Shown here: piece by piece, positions 52,404 to 64,000 of the stretch
Position numbering within the stretch: position 1 is the stretch's first letter
Layout: each line of letters begins with the position of its first letter
Assembly: GCA_951406725.2 (NCBI GenBank)
Contig: OX597833.1
Span: 21,638,001 to 21,702,000, forward strand
Reading direction: 5' to 3'
DNA: 64,000 bases
DNA from: Octopus vulgaris
Taxonomy: Eukaryota
Notes under the pieces: model-generated
What the model was told of the DNA's origin: nothing
Seen by the model: only the letters and a program-made list of their open reading frames with translations
Database searches by the model: none
Translations under genes and position numbers: made by a program

Positions 52404-52807
52404 TAATAATAAAAAGATATGTGCATCAAACAACAACAACTACAAGAACAGCAACACAGCAGCAGGTACGAGTAGTCGTTCCACCAGGTATTATATTATT
52501 ATTTCTGAAACATGGAGGAAGTCTTTTATTTTTTATTTTTTTTATAGATATTTATATGAATTTTTTGTTGTTTCGTTTGTTTAAGGGGTGGTTTTGTGTG
52601 TGTTTATTGTTTGTTTTTCCTTGTTCCTTAAAGCTTACTGATAACGTAAATCCAAACAATTGCTTTGATGTGGGTTTTTTTTTATTATTTGTGGGTTTTT
52701 TTGTGCTTGGTCTTCTTCCTTTTTTCTACCACAGGCTCCGCGGGTAGCTGATGCTGGTTCTGAATGGTTAGGGAAGTTTTCCAATCTTAAGCAACAAGCA
52801 ACAATCT
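52366..52807 (-). other. Putative 5'UTR portion of the ATG-containing exon
   Basis: SINE-free unique sequence bounded by a candidate acceptor ACTTTTACTATTGCAG|AGA at 52808-52810 (minus). Confidence 0.4.
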
Positions 52808-53102
52808 CTGCAATAGTAAAAGTGTTGGCAATATAAACAAACAATAGATGAACAGCTTTAAAATGTTACAAATGGAAAACAAACAAAAAAAAACACAACA
52901 TAAAACACAACACCATCATTTTTAGTATTAACCCTTTTGTTACCATATTCTTGTAGAAATACACTGCCTTTGTTTCAATTAATTTTGGAAATAATGAAGA
53001 ATTTATTAGAATAACTCTGTTGTTGTTAGGCTGTTGTGTGGAACATAAATTGACATGAAATTTTGGTAAAAGGATTTTGCTTTTTTTTTTTTCAATTTAG
53101 AA

Positions 53103-53324
53103 CCCTTTCATTACTGTATTTATTTTGAGATGGTTTGTGTTTCTTTCAATTACTTTAAATATAACAAAGAATTTAGTAAAATAACTTAGTTATCATTCAG
53201 CTAGTGTTAGGAACATAAATTGTAACTAAGGTTTGGTGGAAGATTTTAATTAAAACCTTAATGAAAACAAGACATTTGTACAACAGAGCCAGAGCTGGTT
53301 TTAGCCAGGTTGGTATCGAAAGGG
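53103..53324 (-). mobile_element. piggyBac-type MITE, inverted copy of 42285-42506
   Basis: Same internal sequence in reverse complement, CCCTTT...AAAGGG|TTAA. A related partial copy starts near 52933. Confidence 0.8.
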
Positions 53325-53777
53325 TTAAAACAGGGAATTTGTTTCATAGAACCTGGGTTAGTTTCAGGCAAGAAGAAATCAATAGAGTTGAATATAAACC
53401 TAAAATGGTATGTCAGCTAATTCTAGAGCTAAAAATAGGTCTACTGCTCTAAAATAAAAAATAGGTCCAAAAATATTTATGGAATATGGAGAAGTTGGTA
53501 CGTGTCCTGCGATCCTCACAGATTCTTTATGAATAGTTCTTCTCTGGGCCACTGCATTCAGATAGTGAATACTACCACCATCTATCTCTACATGTAATAC
53601 TAGCAATATATGATACATTCTGTAGTATGAAAAATGTATCATACTTTGATATAAAATATATTATATAAAGATACGATGAAAACAAATATGTATTAATATG
53701 GAAAAATATTCTAAATTGATATAAATTTTGTATTGTATAGATATGAAATTATAATATATATAATAATACAATTCAGG

Positions 53778-53820
<43 letters not shown>

Positions 53821-55292
53821 AATATAGGCGTAAGAGTGGCTGTGTGGTAAGTAGCTTGCTTACGAACCACATGGTTCCATGTTCAGTCCCACTGCGTGGC
53901 ACCTTAGGGCAGGTGTCTTCTACTATGGCCTCGGGCTGATCAAAGCCTTGTGAGTGGATTTGGTAGACGGAAACTGAAAGAAGCCTGTCGTATATATGTG
54001 TATATATATATATATATGTGTGTGTGTATGTGTGTGCGTATGTGTTTGTGTGTCTATGTCTGTTCCCCCAACATCGCTTGACAACCGATGCTGGTGTGTT
54101 TATGCCCCCGTAACTTAGCAGTTCAGCAAAAGAGATGGAGAGAGTAAGTACTAGGCTTACATTACAAAGAATAAGTCCTGGGGTCGATTTGCTCGACTAA
54201 AAGCAGTGCTCCAGCATGGCCACAGTCAAATGACTGAAACAGGTAAAGAGTAAAAGAGTATATATATAGAGAGAGAGGAGGAGAGAGGGAGAGATAGAAA
54301 GATAGACAGACAGAGACACACATAGGCAGAGAGAAAGAGAGAGAGCAACAGAAGATAGATATAGATATATTGAGGGCTTCTTTCAGTTTTCTTCTACCAA
54401 ATCCACTCACAAAGTTTGGGTTGACCCAGGTTTACAGTAGGTGACATTTGCCCAAGGTGTCACACAGAGGGACTGAACCTGGAACCATGTGGTTGGGAAG
54501 CAAACTTCTTAACCACACAGCCACACCTGCACCTATGGCTCAGCACTCATCAATACACTAATCTGAGAAAAGTGACATGGTGGTCACGATTGGAAAGTCT
54601 CTGTTCGTAACGTTTTGCCCACATCATGACTGACCCAGGGAGCTAAACCAACAATAACAACAACAACAACAACAAAAACAATTTTAATAAAATGAAGAAT
54701 GAGTCAGAACATTCCTGAACTTCTTAGATATGAGAGGAGGAGGGGGAAGGCGGGGAGGGGAAGATCATCAACAAACAAGTAAAGCATATAAGGTATGTAA
54801 ATAAATAAAATAAAAGCAACTACACACACATGCACACACATACACGTGCACACACACACGCAGTCTGCAGGCACTTGTGCAAATATGCAAGTCAAAGTCA
54901 TACATTTTCCCCTTTTTTATTCTCTCACACACCCAAAGCATACACTCTCTCATTCTCCTTCTTCCCCCTCTCCTCCGCCTCTCGCAGGCCCAACTATACA
55001 AATTATAAACTCACAGGCCTGGGAATACTCACATATACATATATACAACAACTCTCTTACTCTCTCTCTGTCTCTCCTCCTCTTTCACTTTAACACATAC
55101 AAACATTCTGCAGTCACATAACAACAAATGTATACACTGCTTTCATATATTACCCAACTCGCACACCTGTGATTACATATGTAAAACGTTTTACATAGGT
55201 ATAGTAGAAGACCCTGGCGGTACCTTGGACAATTGTCTTCTACTATAGCCTCAAGAGTGGATTTGTTAGATGGAAACTGAAAGAAGCATGTA

Positions 55293-55331
<39 letters not shown>

Positions 55332-55335
<4 letters not shown>

Positions 55336-55630
55336 TGTTCCTCTCAAGCCATGCCTGGCTCATAAGGGCCGGTTTCCCGGTTTCTTGGCGTATAGGTTCC
55401 CCACCTGGACGGGACGCCGGTCCGTTGCAGGTGAGCTGCAAGATTCAGGAGGAAAGAGTGAGAGAAAGTTGTGGCGAAAGAGTCAGCAGATGTTTGCCAT
55501 TACCTTCTGCCGGAGCCACGTGGAGCTTAGGTGTTTCGCTCATAAACACACACATCGCGTTGTCTAAGATTCGAACCCGCGATTCCTTGACCGAGAGTCC
55601 ACTGCTCTAACCACTAGGCCATGTGCCTCC
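55332..55630 (-). mobile_element. tRNA-derived SINE, family C (GGAGGCACATGGCCTAGTGGTTAG... head)
   Basis: A box TGGCCTAGTGG and B box GGTTCGAATC. Near-identical copy at 14641-14934(-); relatives at 13043-13270, 27131-27473 and 63370-63607(-). Confidence 0.85.
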
Positions 55631-56734
55631 ACACACACACACAAACATATATGTAGGGTTAGGGTTATATATATATATATAGGCACAAGCGTGACTGTGT
55701 GGTAAGAAGCTTACTTCCAACCACATGGTTCTGTGTTCAGTCCCACAGCATAGCACCATGGGCAAATGTCTTCTGCTATAGCCTCAGGCTGACCAAGGCC
55801 TTGTGAGTAGATTTGGCAGATGGAAACTGAAAAAAAACCTGTCATGTATGTATGTGTGTGTGTGTGCGTGTATGTGTATTTATGTGTGTGTGTCTTTGAT
55901 TGTTCCCCACCATCGCTTGACAACCAGTGTTGGTGTGTTTATGTTCCCACAGCTTAGTGGTTTAGCAAAAGAGACAGACAAAGTACTAGGCTTACAAAGA
56001 ATAAGTCCTGGGGTCGATTTCTTTGACTAAAAAACCCTTTAAGGCAGTGCTCCAGCATGGCTGAAATAAAGAAAAGAATAAAAGAATTGTGTCTGTATTT
56101 ATCCTCCACTGCCACTTGATAACTAGTGTTGGTTTGTTTACATCCTTGTAACTAAGTGATCAGCCAAAGAGACTGATAAAATAAGCACCAGGCTTTAAAC
56201 AAAGTCCTGGGGTCAATTCATTCAATTAAAAATTCTTTAAGGTGATGCCCCAGTATGGCCACAGTCTAATGGGTGAAACAAGTAAAAGAAAAAGACACAC
56301 ACACCCACAGCCACAATGAGCTTTGACATAGTTTCTGTCTACTGAATTCACTCTGAAGGCATTGGTCAGCCCAGGGTTATAGTAGAAGGCATTTTATTTT
56401 GCCCAAGGTGCTATACCCTGGGACTGAACCTGAAACCATGTGCTAACAAAGTGAGCTTCTTAACCACACTGTCATGCTTGCAGCCATGTAGATACCAGCT
56501 CAAATGAAAAATGAAAAAGATAGGATGGCCATGAATGGAGATCCTTTACTGGTACATCAGCTTGATCAGATTTCACCCGGATGCTAAACAACAGCGATAG
56601 GAGAGGGAGAGAAGAGGAGGAGGAGAAAGAAGTGGAAGAGAAGGGAGGAGGGGAGGGGGCTTAAAAGACATGACAAAATTAAGTCATTATACTTGAAACA
56701 TTAGAAGCTGAAGCATGCCTAGACAATATGATTG

Positions 56735-56761
56735 TGACCTGCGACCTCTGACCTCTGACAA
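56735..56761. promoter_or_regulatory. Tandem DR1 nuclear-receptor-like half-sites
   Basis: TGACCT g CGACCT c TGACCT c TGACAA in unique sequence upstream of the ataxin-1 coding exons. Confidence 0.35.
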
Positions 56762-57552
56762 GAAAAAAAAAAAGAAAAAAAAAAACGAACAACACATTCT
56801 CTGAATTCTTTCAGATTTGAAAATTACATAAAGCTGCAATGTGTCTGTCTGTTGGATATTTGAAGTGGAATTTGGAGATTTTTATCTTAATCCATGCCTT
56901 AAAGGAATATAAACACGCAGACAATATATATATATTATGTATATCTATATTTTTAGTGTGTTTATTTCAATTCATATATGTATATTTATATACACATATA
57001 CATACATACACAATATATATATATATATATGAATCTTATGAATGTACTTATGTAGTTGAAAACATATACATCATCATCATCATACATTGTCGTGGTCCGC
57101 TAACATCTGTTTTCCTTGCTGACATGAGTTGGATGGTTTGACAAGAGCTGTCCAGCCAGTAGACTGTGCCATGCTTCTGCATCACCTCTCCTCTCCACGC
57201 CACCTATGTTATATCCAAGGGAAAGGTAAAGGCCGATACAGCTTGGCACCAGTGACATAATAATTCGTTTCTACAGCTGAGTGAACTGGAGCAACGTGAA
57301 ATAAAGTGTCTTACTCTTTACTCATTTACTTGTTTCAGTCATTTGAGTGTGGCCATGCTGGAGCACCGCCTTTAGTCGAGCAAATTGACTCCAGGACTTA
57401 TTCTTTGGAAGCCTAGTACTTATTCTATCGGTCTATTTGCTGAACCGCTAAGTTACGGGGACATAAACACACCAGCATTGGTTGTCATGCGATGTTGGGG
57501 GGACAAACACAGACATACAAACTTATACTCAGACATACATACACACACACAC

Positions 57553-57599
<47 letters not shown>

Positions 57600-57630
57600 C
57601 TCAGACATACATACACACACATACATATAT

Positions 57631-57661
<31 letters not shown>

Positions 57662-58522
57662 CGATGGGCTTCTTTCAGTTTCCATCTACCAAATCCACTG
57701 ACACGGCTTTGGTTGGCCCGAGGTTATAGTAGAAGACACTTGCCCAAGGTGCCACGCAGTGGTACTGAACCTGGAACCATGTGGTTGGTAAGCAAGCTAC
57801 TGACCACACAGCCACTCTTGCTCAAGAACACAACACACAGGCTGGTCTGGGAATTGAACTCACTACCTCATGATTGTCACCAACACTAATGAGGTTTGCT
57901 ATGCATCTTGCAAGATTATGAACCATGGGTGGGGAAGTGGGGAACTTCATGTGAAAAAAAATAAGGAACTGAAAGGGTTAAAGCCAAACAGGTTTCTTGC
58001 TGAAAAAAAGCCATCATTATCTTTGTTTTACAATTCACCCTTCCACACTGGTTGGGGGTACAGGTCAGACCAAAGGAGTCAAACTTGTTTGGCTTTGCAG
58101 GTTGGATTGAAACATAAATTAGATCATAAATTAGGTGTTAAATAAGAATAATTACACCTTAAAAACCCTGTTCATACTGTAGGTAGGCTAAATTAAATGG
58201 ATGAAAGTGAGTGTGGGGCAAGTTTGTTGAAAGGTGAAGAATGGCCAGTGTGAAAGAAGCAATTCTGAGTATACACCTGTGAAAAAATAAAAGAAGGGCT
58301 CTTGCTCTGTTGGTCAGGCACCCCTGGCTTTTGTGGGGTTTTCCACAAGTAACCTTTAAAGTACCACCCCCATTGCAAGTTTTTATTGTTTAATTTTTGT
58401 CTGTTATTTCCTGTATACACAAACATGAAAACCCATTGCATTCTCTGGTTTTTGTCTTTTAATGTTATTGTATGTCCTTTCATATTTGTATATATTAGTC
58501 CTTGTGGTCAATAAAAGAATAA

Positions 58523-58567
<45 letters not shown>

Positions 58568-60909
58568 TAAGACATCACACAGTATCCAATGTTGTTATTA
58601 TCATTATTACTATTAATAATATTAATATTACTGTTCCTAATTTTAGTACAAGACCAGCTATTTTAGTGGGGAGAATATCAGTTGAGTACATATTACCCCA
58701 GTATATAGCTGGTACTTGATTTTATTGGCCTTAGAAGGATGAAAGACAAAGTTGACTTAGGGTAGACTTTGAACTCAGAAAGCTAAGCATTTCATCCAAT
58801 TTACTGACGATTCTTCAAGCTTGATGCTTTAACAATAACAATGGCTCCAAATTTTGGTAAAAAGCCAGCAATTTTATGGGAGAGGGACAGTCGATTACAC
58901 TGACCCCCACCCCACCCCATCACTCAACTTATATAGATTTTAAGGCTGACCTCATCAGAATTTGAACTTACAATATAAAATGACAGAAGAATGCCACAAA
59001 GCATTTTATCTGATGTACTAGCAATTCTGCCAGCCTGCCATCTTTCTTTTATTCTTTTACTTGTTTCAGTCATTTGACTGCGGCCATGCTGGAGCACCGC
59101 CTTTAGTCGAATCAAATCAACCCCAGGACTTATTCTTAGTACTTAGTCTATTAGTCTCCTTTGCTGAACCACTAAGTTATGGGGACCTAAACATACCAGC
59201 ATCAGTTGTCAAGCGATGTTGGTGGGGGACAAACACAGACACACACATATATATACATATACACGACGGGCTTCTTTCAGTTTCCATCTACCAAAGTGTC
59301 TTCTATTATAGCCTCGAGCCGACCAAAGCCTTGTGAGTGGTCACAAGGCTTTGGTCGGCTTGAGGCTGTAGCAGAAGACACTTGCCCAAGGTGCCACGCA
59401 GTAGGGCTGAACCCAGAACCATGTGGATTTGGTAGACGGAAACTGAAAGAAGCCTGTCGTATATATGTATATGTGTGTGTGATTGTCTGTGTTTGTCCCC
59501 TAGCATTGCTTGACAACTGATGCTGGTGTGTTTACGTCCCCGTCACTTGGCGGTTCGGCAAAAGAGACCGATAGAATAAGTACTGGGCTTACAAAGAATA
59601 AGTCCCGGGGTCGATTTGCTCGACTAAAGGCAGTGCTCCAGCATGGCCGCAGTCAAATGACTGAAACAAGTAAAAGAGTAAGATATAGCTTATTAGCGAA
59701 TAAGCAAGGGGGAAGAGAGCGAAGAGAGATGAGGGCTGTTAATTTAATTAGCTTTAACCTTAAATGCTAATTTACTTAGGTAATTTTTGAGAAGGCCATG
59801 CCACCAAAGATCATCACACAAAGTAATAGACCAGCCTCTCTTAGCAATCCACCCTCCCCACTATCGCCATCACATTCAATGACACCATACCCCGTCCCCA
59901 TTATGCACCCCTTAATCTCCCTAATTTATAGCTCTTTAAAACTCATGCAGTGCAAATTTACTTAGAGGCTGTGCTGCAATGTTTCAGCAAGCCATATCTT
60001 GACAGGGTTTGCAGACACTGTTTTATTGCAGTTTGAATGTCAGAGCAGCAGCAGAGAAGGTGGATGGTAGAAGGGAGAGGTATGTGGGGTTTATTGTAGT
60101 TTATCTGTAGGTGAGGAGGAGGAGGAGGAGGAGGAAGAGAAGGAGCAGAGACAGAATGTGACAAAATGTCAACACTAAACAAGTTGTTGGAATAAAAGTG
60201 AGAGCAATAGGGAGGCAGTGTGGAGAGAGGTGAAAGGGGGGGGGGGGTGACTGAAGAGGAGGCAAAAGAAAAAAAGGAACAGGCTATAGGGGGGCACAAG
60301 TGCGAGGGGGACAGACAGGCAGAGGGAGGAAAATGAAAGAGGAGGAATGTAAGAACTGTTTAAAAAAATATGCCATACATACACAAACATACATCACACC
60401 ACACACACAAACATATACTGTTTATGTATATATATATACACACACATAACATATTATTATATACACATACATGTATACATACACACACCATGAATTCAGA
60501 GTGAGTAAGCTTTTTAATAGCACTTCATCTATTTTCTTTTGTGTCTTTATTTAAATTGGCTGTTTTTTTAAAAAAAACATTACTATCATTATTGTTGTTG
60601 TTGTTGTTGTTATTACTATATTTTTGCTTTGATTGACTTTTTGAAGTTGAACAGCTGTTGTATGACATCACGTTGACGTAGAATACCAACAGCCCCACCT
60701 CAACCAACACCAGACCACCACAGCCGCCACCTGCATCCCCACCTCACACCCACCCTGTTTGTTTTTACATTTTTTATCAATGCAATTAAAAACTAATGCA
60801 TACTTTCCTTTTTCTTTTTTTTCTTTTTCCTCACCCTGACTTTGAACATGTTTCTTATATATAATATGCCTTGTTATCATCATCATCATCATCATAAACC
60901 ACAATATAG

Positions 60910-61085
60910 ATGGCCTGTGCCGGTGGCACATAAAAGCACCATCCGATCATGGCCATTGCCAGCCTCGCCTGGCCCCCATGCATGCCAGTGGCACATAAAA
61001 AGCACCATCCGATCATGGCCGTTGCCAGCCTCGCCTGGCCCCCATGCCAGTGGCACATAAAAAGCACCATCCGATCGTGGCCGTT
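60910..61085 (+). repeat. Three tandem ~55-bp units from the MetaSINE-like family
   Basis: GTGGCACATAAAAAGCACCATCCGATCATGGCCGTTGCCAGCCTCGCCTGGCCCC x3; same unit at 29185-29310. Confidence 0.8.
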
Positions 61086-61296
61086 GAAGAAATTGGAATT
61101 GATGAGAGTAGAGCAGGCTCCCCCCAAAACTGCGCTATTGGGGGCAGCTTGGATTTTGAGATTAGTGCTTAGGTGTCTTCCACAATAAGTTAACATCCAA
61201 GTACCCACAGAAAGAGACCCTGTGAGACCTCTGCCAAGAGGTTGCTGTCCATTCTCACAGAATCAACCAGAGCAAGTAAGACTGAGAACTTTGAGA

Positions 61297-61298
<2 letters not shown>
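61086..61298 (+). mobile_element. 3' end of a Dong/R4-like retrotransposon (different subfamily)
   Basis: KTALLGAAWILRLVL*, followed by a UTR and (AAT)n. Similar remnants at 24150-24350(-), 34240-34670(+) and 43568-43663(+; LQKVSLFGTGKIIRRVLST*). Confidence 0.65.
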
Positions 61299-61332
<34 letters not shown>

Positions 61333-62667
61333 CTTTTCTGCAACAGGCACAAGGCCTGAAATATGTATTTTAAGGCTAAATAATAATTCTGTTTATGTTT
61401 GCATAACTGAGATATTTTTGTTTGGATTATATAGTTATTGGTTTTATACTTCTTTCTATATTCTGTAATTGTCACAATATAGAAACGTTTCTCATGGCAC
61501 CAGCAGAATTTTTCCATGTTTTACTGGTATTTAATTTATTGACCTCAAAAGAATGAAAGGCAAAGTCAACCTCGGTGAAATTTGAACTCACAACATAGCG
61601 ACAGGCAAAATACCACTAAGTATTTCGTCCAGTATGCTAACAATTCTGCCAGCTCGCCTCCAAATAATTTCAGCTGAAATTTTGTGGTAGGGGACTAGTC
61701 GACTACACTGACCCCATTGCTTGACTGGTACCTATTTCATCAACCCCAAAAGAATGAAAAGCAAAGTTGACCTTGATGGAATTTGACTCAGAATGTAAAG
61801 ACAGACAAAAAAAAAAGCCAAGCACCAAGCCTGACATGCCAACAACCCTGCCAACTCGCCAATAGTAGTAGTAGTAGTAGTAGTAGTAGTAACAACAACA
61901 AAAGCACTCGGAGAACACAAACTTTTATCAAGGAAACACCAATGTCCTCCCAAAGATTAGCCAGAGATAATTCTTTAAATGAGAATATCTGAAATAAACT
62001 CGACTGTTCTCATAAACGAAAATACTAAAAATGAACCTGACCACTCTCAAAAATTAAGTAAAAAACAGGAAAAATTATCCAAAATCCTTATCTGGTCCCG
62101 GATCAATCCCCAAATCTAATCAGTCCATGCTAGTCATGAGGCCAAACATCTCTGAAAATTTCATTCGAATCCATCCAATGGCTATTGAGATATCTTGTCA
62201 ACGGACAAACAAACAAACATGACTTGAAAGCAATACCTCTGCCTTCTCTAAGGTGGAGGTAGTAGTAGTAGTAGTAGTAACTAGCTGGACCTGTGAAAAA
62301 TTCACAAAAAACATAAAAAATGTAAGCATCTGTAAATTGTGTGCTGGTGCCATGAGAAATGTTTCTTGTCATATTCTGTGTGAGGTTGAATCTCCCTAAG
62401 AACTACATTAATGATACGCATGTCTGTGGAGTACTCAGCCACTTGCGAGTTAATTTTATCCTCGTGTGGTAATAAAAAGTGAAAGCCACATCCAATATTT
62501 GCTGTGTTCATGAGCAAAGTTGACTTCGATGTAATTTGAACTCAGAACATAAAGAGTCAGAAGAAACACAGCTGAGCATTTAGTCCAATATTGAAGGTCT
62601 TATGAGATTTTCCTGTACAGATTTTGTTCAAATCAGTTTTGAAAGTCTTATGAGATTTTCCTGTATA

Positions 62668-63067
62668 GGCGCAGGAGTGGCTGTGTGGTAAGTAGCTTGC
62701 TAACCAACCACATGGTTCCGGGTTCAGTCCCACTGCGTGGCACCTTGGGCAAGTGTCTTCTGCTATAGCCCCGGGCCGACCAATGCCTTGTGAGTGGATT
62801 TGGTAGACGGAAACTGAAAGAAGCCTGTCGTATATATGTATATATATATATATGTGTGTTTGTTTGTGCATCTGTGTTTGTCCCCCTAGCATTGCTTGAC
62901 AACCGATGCTGGTGTGTTTATGTCCCCGTTACCTAGCGGTTCGGCAAAAGAGACTGATAGAATAAGTACTAGGCTTACAAAAAGAATAAGTCCCGGGGTC
63001 GAGTTGCTCGATTAAAGGCGGTGCTCCAGCATGGCTGCAGTCAAATGACTGAAAAGAGTAAAAGAGA
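62668..63067 (+). mobile_element. tRNA-derived SINE, family B, well-preserved copy
   Basis: Same sequence as 20287-20700. Confidence 0.85.
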
Positions 63068-63637
63068 TTGACCATGAGATTCAAGGAAGATGACCAAACC
63101 TTTGAATTCAGAACATAAAGCCAGAAGAAATGCCGCTAATCGTTCTTCCTGGCAACTGATTCTGCCCACTCACTGCCTTAGCGTCTATGGTTTAATAATA
63201 ATGATTTAACAATAATGTTCTTTTGACACACATATTCAATCTATGTGCTCTACTTGTTTTTCTGGCACACTGCAATTTAGCACAGTGGAGATGACTCCAT
63301 CAAAGTACAAGGTGTTAAATCACCTGAAAGTCACACACAGGTGAAACAACTCACCACAAGTCCCTTTCAGGAGCGATGGACAGGACGCCAGTCCATCGCA
63401 GCATTACTCAAGAAACAGGAAGAAAGAGTGAGAGAAAGTTGGGGCGAAAGAAAACAACAGGGGTTGCCGCCACCCCCTGCCGGAGCCTCGTGGATCTTTT
63501 AGGTGTTTTCGCTCAATAAACACACACAACACCCGGTCTGGGAATCAAAACCGCGATCCTCCGACCGCGAGTCTGCTGCCCTAACCACTGGGCCATTGTG
63601 CCTCCACAATATTAATAACAATAATAATAATAATAAT

Positions 63638-63691
<54 letters not shown>

Positions 63692-64000
63692 TGCTATTGT
63701 AGGCACAAGGCCTAAAATTTTGGGTGAGGGGTTGTTTTTCGCTGGTACTCAATTTATCGATCCTGAAAGGATGAAAGGAAAAGTCGACCTCAGCGGAATT
63801 TGAACTCAGAACGTAGCGGCAGGCGAATTACCACTAAGCATTTCGTCCAGTGTGCTAACGATTCAGCCAACTTGTCGCCTTATTAATAATCATAATAACG
63901 ACAACATATGTGAGAAAATAGGCAAGGTTCTCATGCCATTGCCATGAGAAATGATTTTTTTATGTTTCAATTAGTATTCAGGAATTTTTTTTCCATGCAA

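Noticed and set aside
55560-55630. tRNA genes at SINE heads
   Set aside because: A and B boxes continue directly into SINE bodies and acceptor stems are not intact, so these are tRNA-derived rather than tRNA genes.
60663-60680. CRE-like TGACATCA/TGACGTA pair as the ataxin-1 promoter
   Set aside because: Short imperfect motifs with no TSS evidence; a promoter cannot be located from sequence alone.
60910-61085. Regularly spaced repeats resembling a CRISPR array
   Set aside because: The units are contiguous tandem copies without unique spacers, belong to a SINE family, and lie in a eukaryotic context with no cas genes.

Overview
AT-rich, repeat-saturated animal genomic DNA; the SINE families and microsatellite load suggest an octopod cephalopod (inference from repeat content). 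The only protein-coding gene I can support is an ataxin-1 (ATXN1/ATXN1L-type, AXH-domain) gene on the minus strand. Its three coding exons (52358-52365, 44525-46100, 40305-40919) splice in frame to about 732 aa. The protein has a 13-Gln tract, an AXH domain split by a phase-0 intron and an RKRRWSAP motif matching the Ser776 site of vertebrate ataxin-1. The rest is mostly tRNA-derived SINEs (including a 4.7-kb head-to-tail array), hAT, mariner, piggyBac and Helitron remnants, Dong/R4-like 3' ends and microsatellites. The most striking unexplained structure is about a dozen short elements, mostly unrelated in sequence, embedded in (TA)n/(CA)n tracts. Each carries a type-I hammerhead ribozyme fold with a tiny, often palindromic stem III. 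Several use a CCGANGA core variant, and about half sit in long fold-back palindromes followed by a unique tail. This architecture resembles Penelope-like retroelement termini or retrozyme-like elements. All folds and counts were read by eye, not computed.
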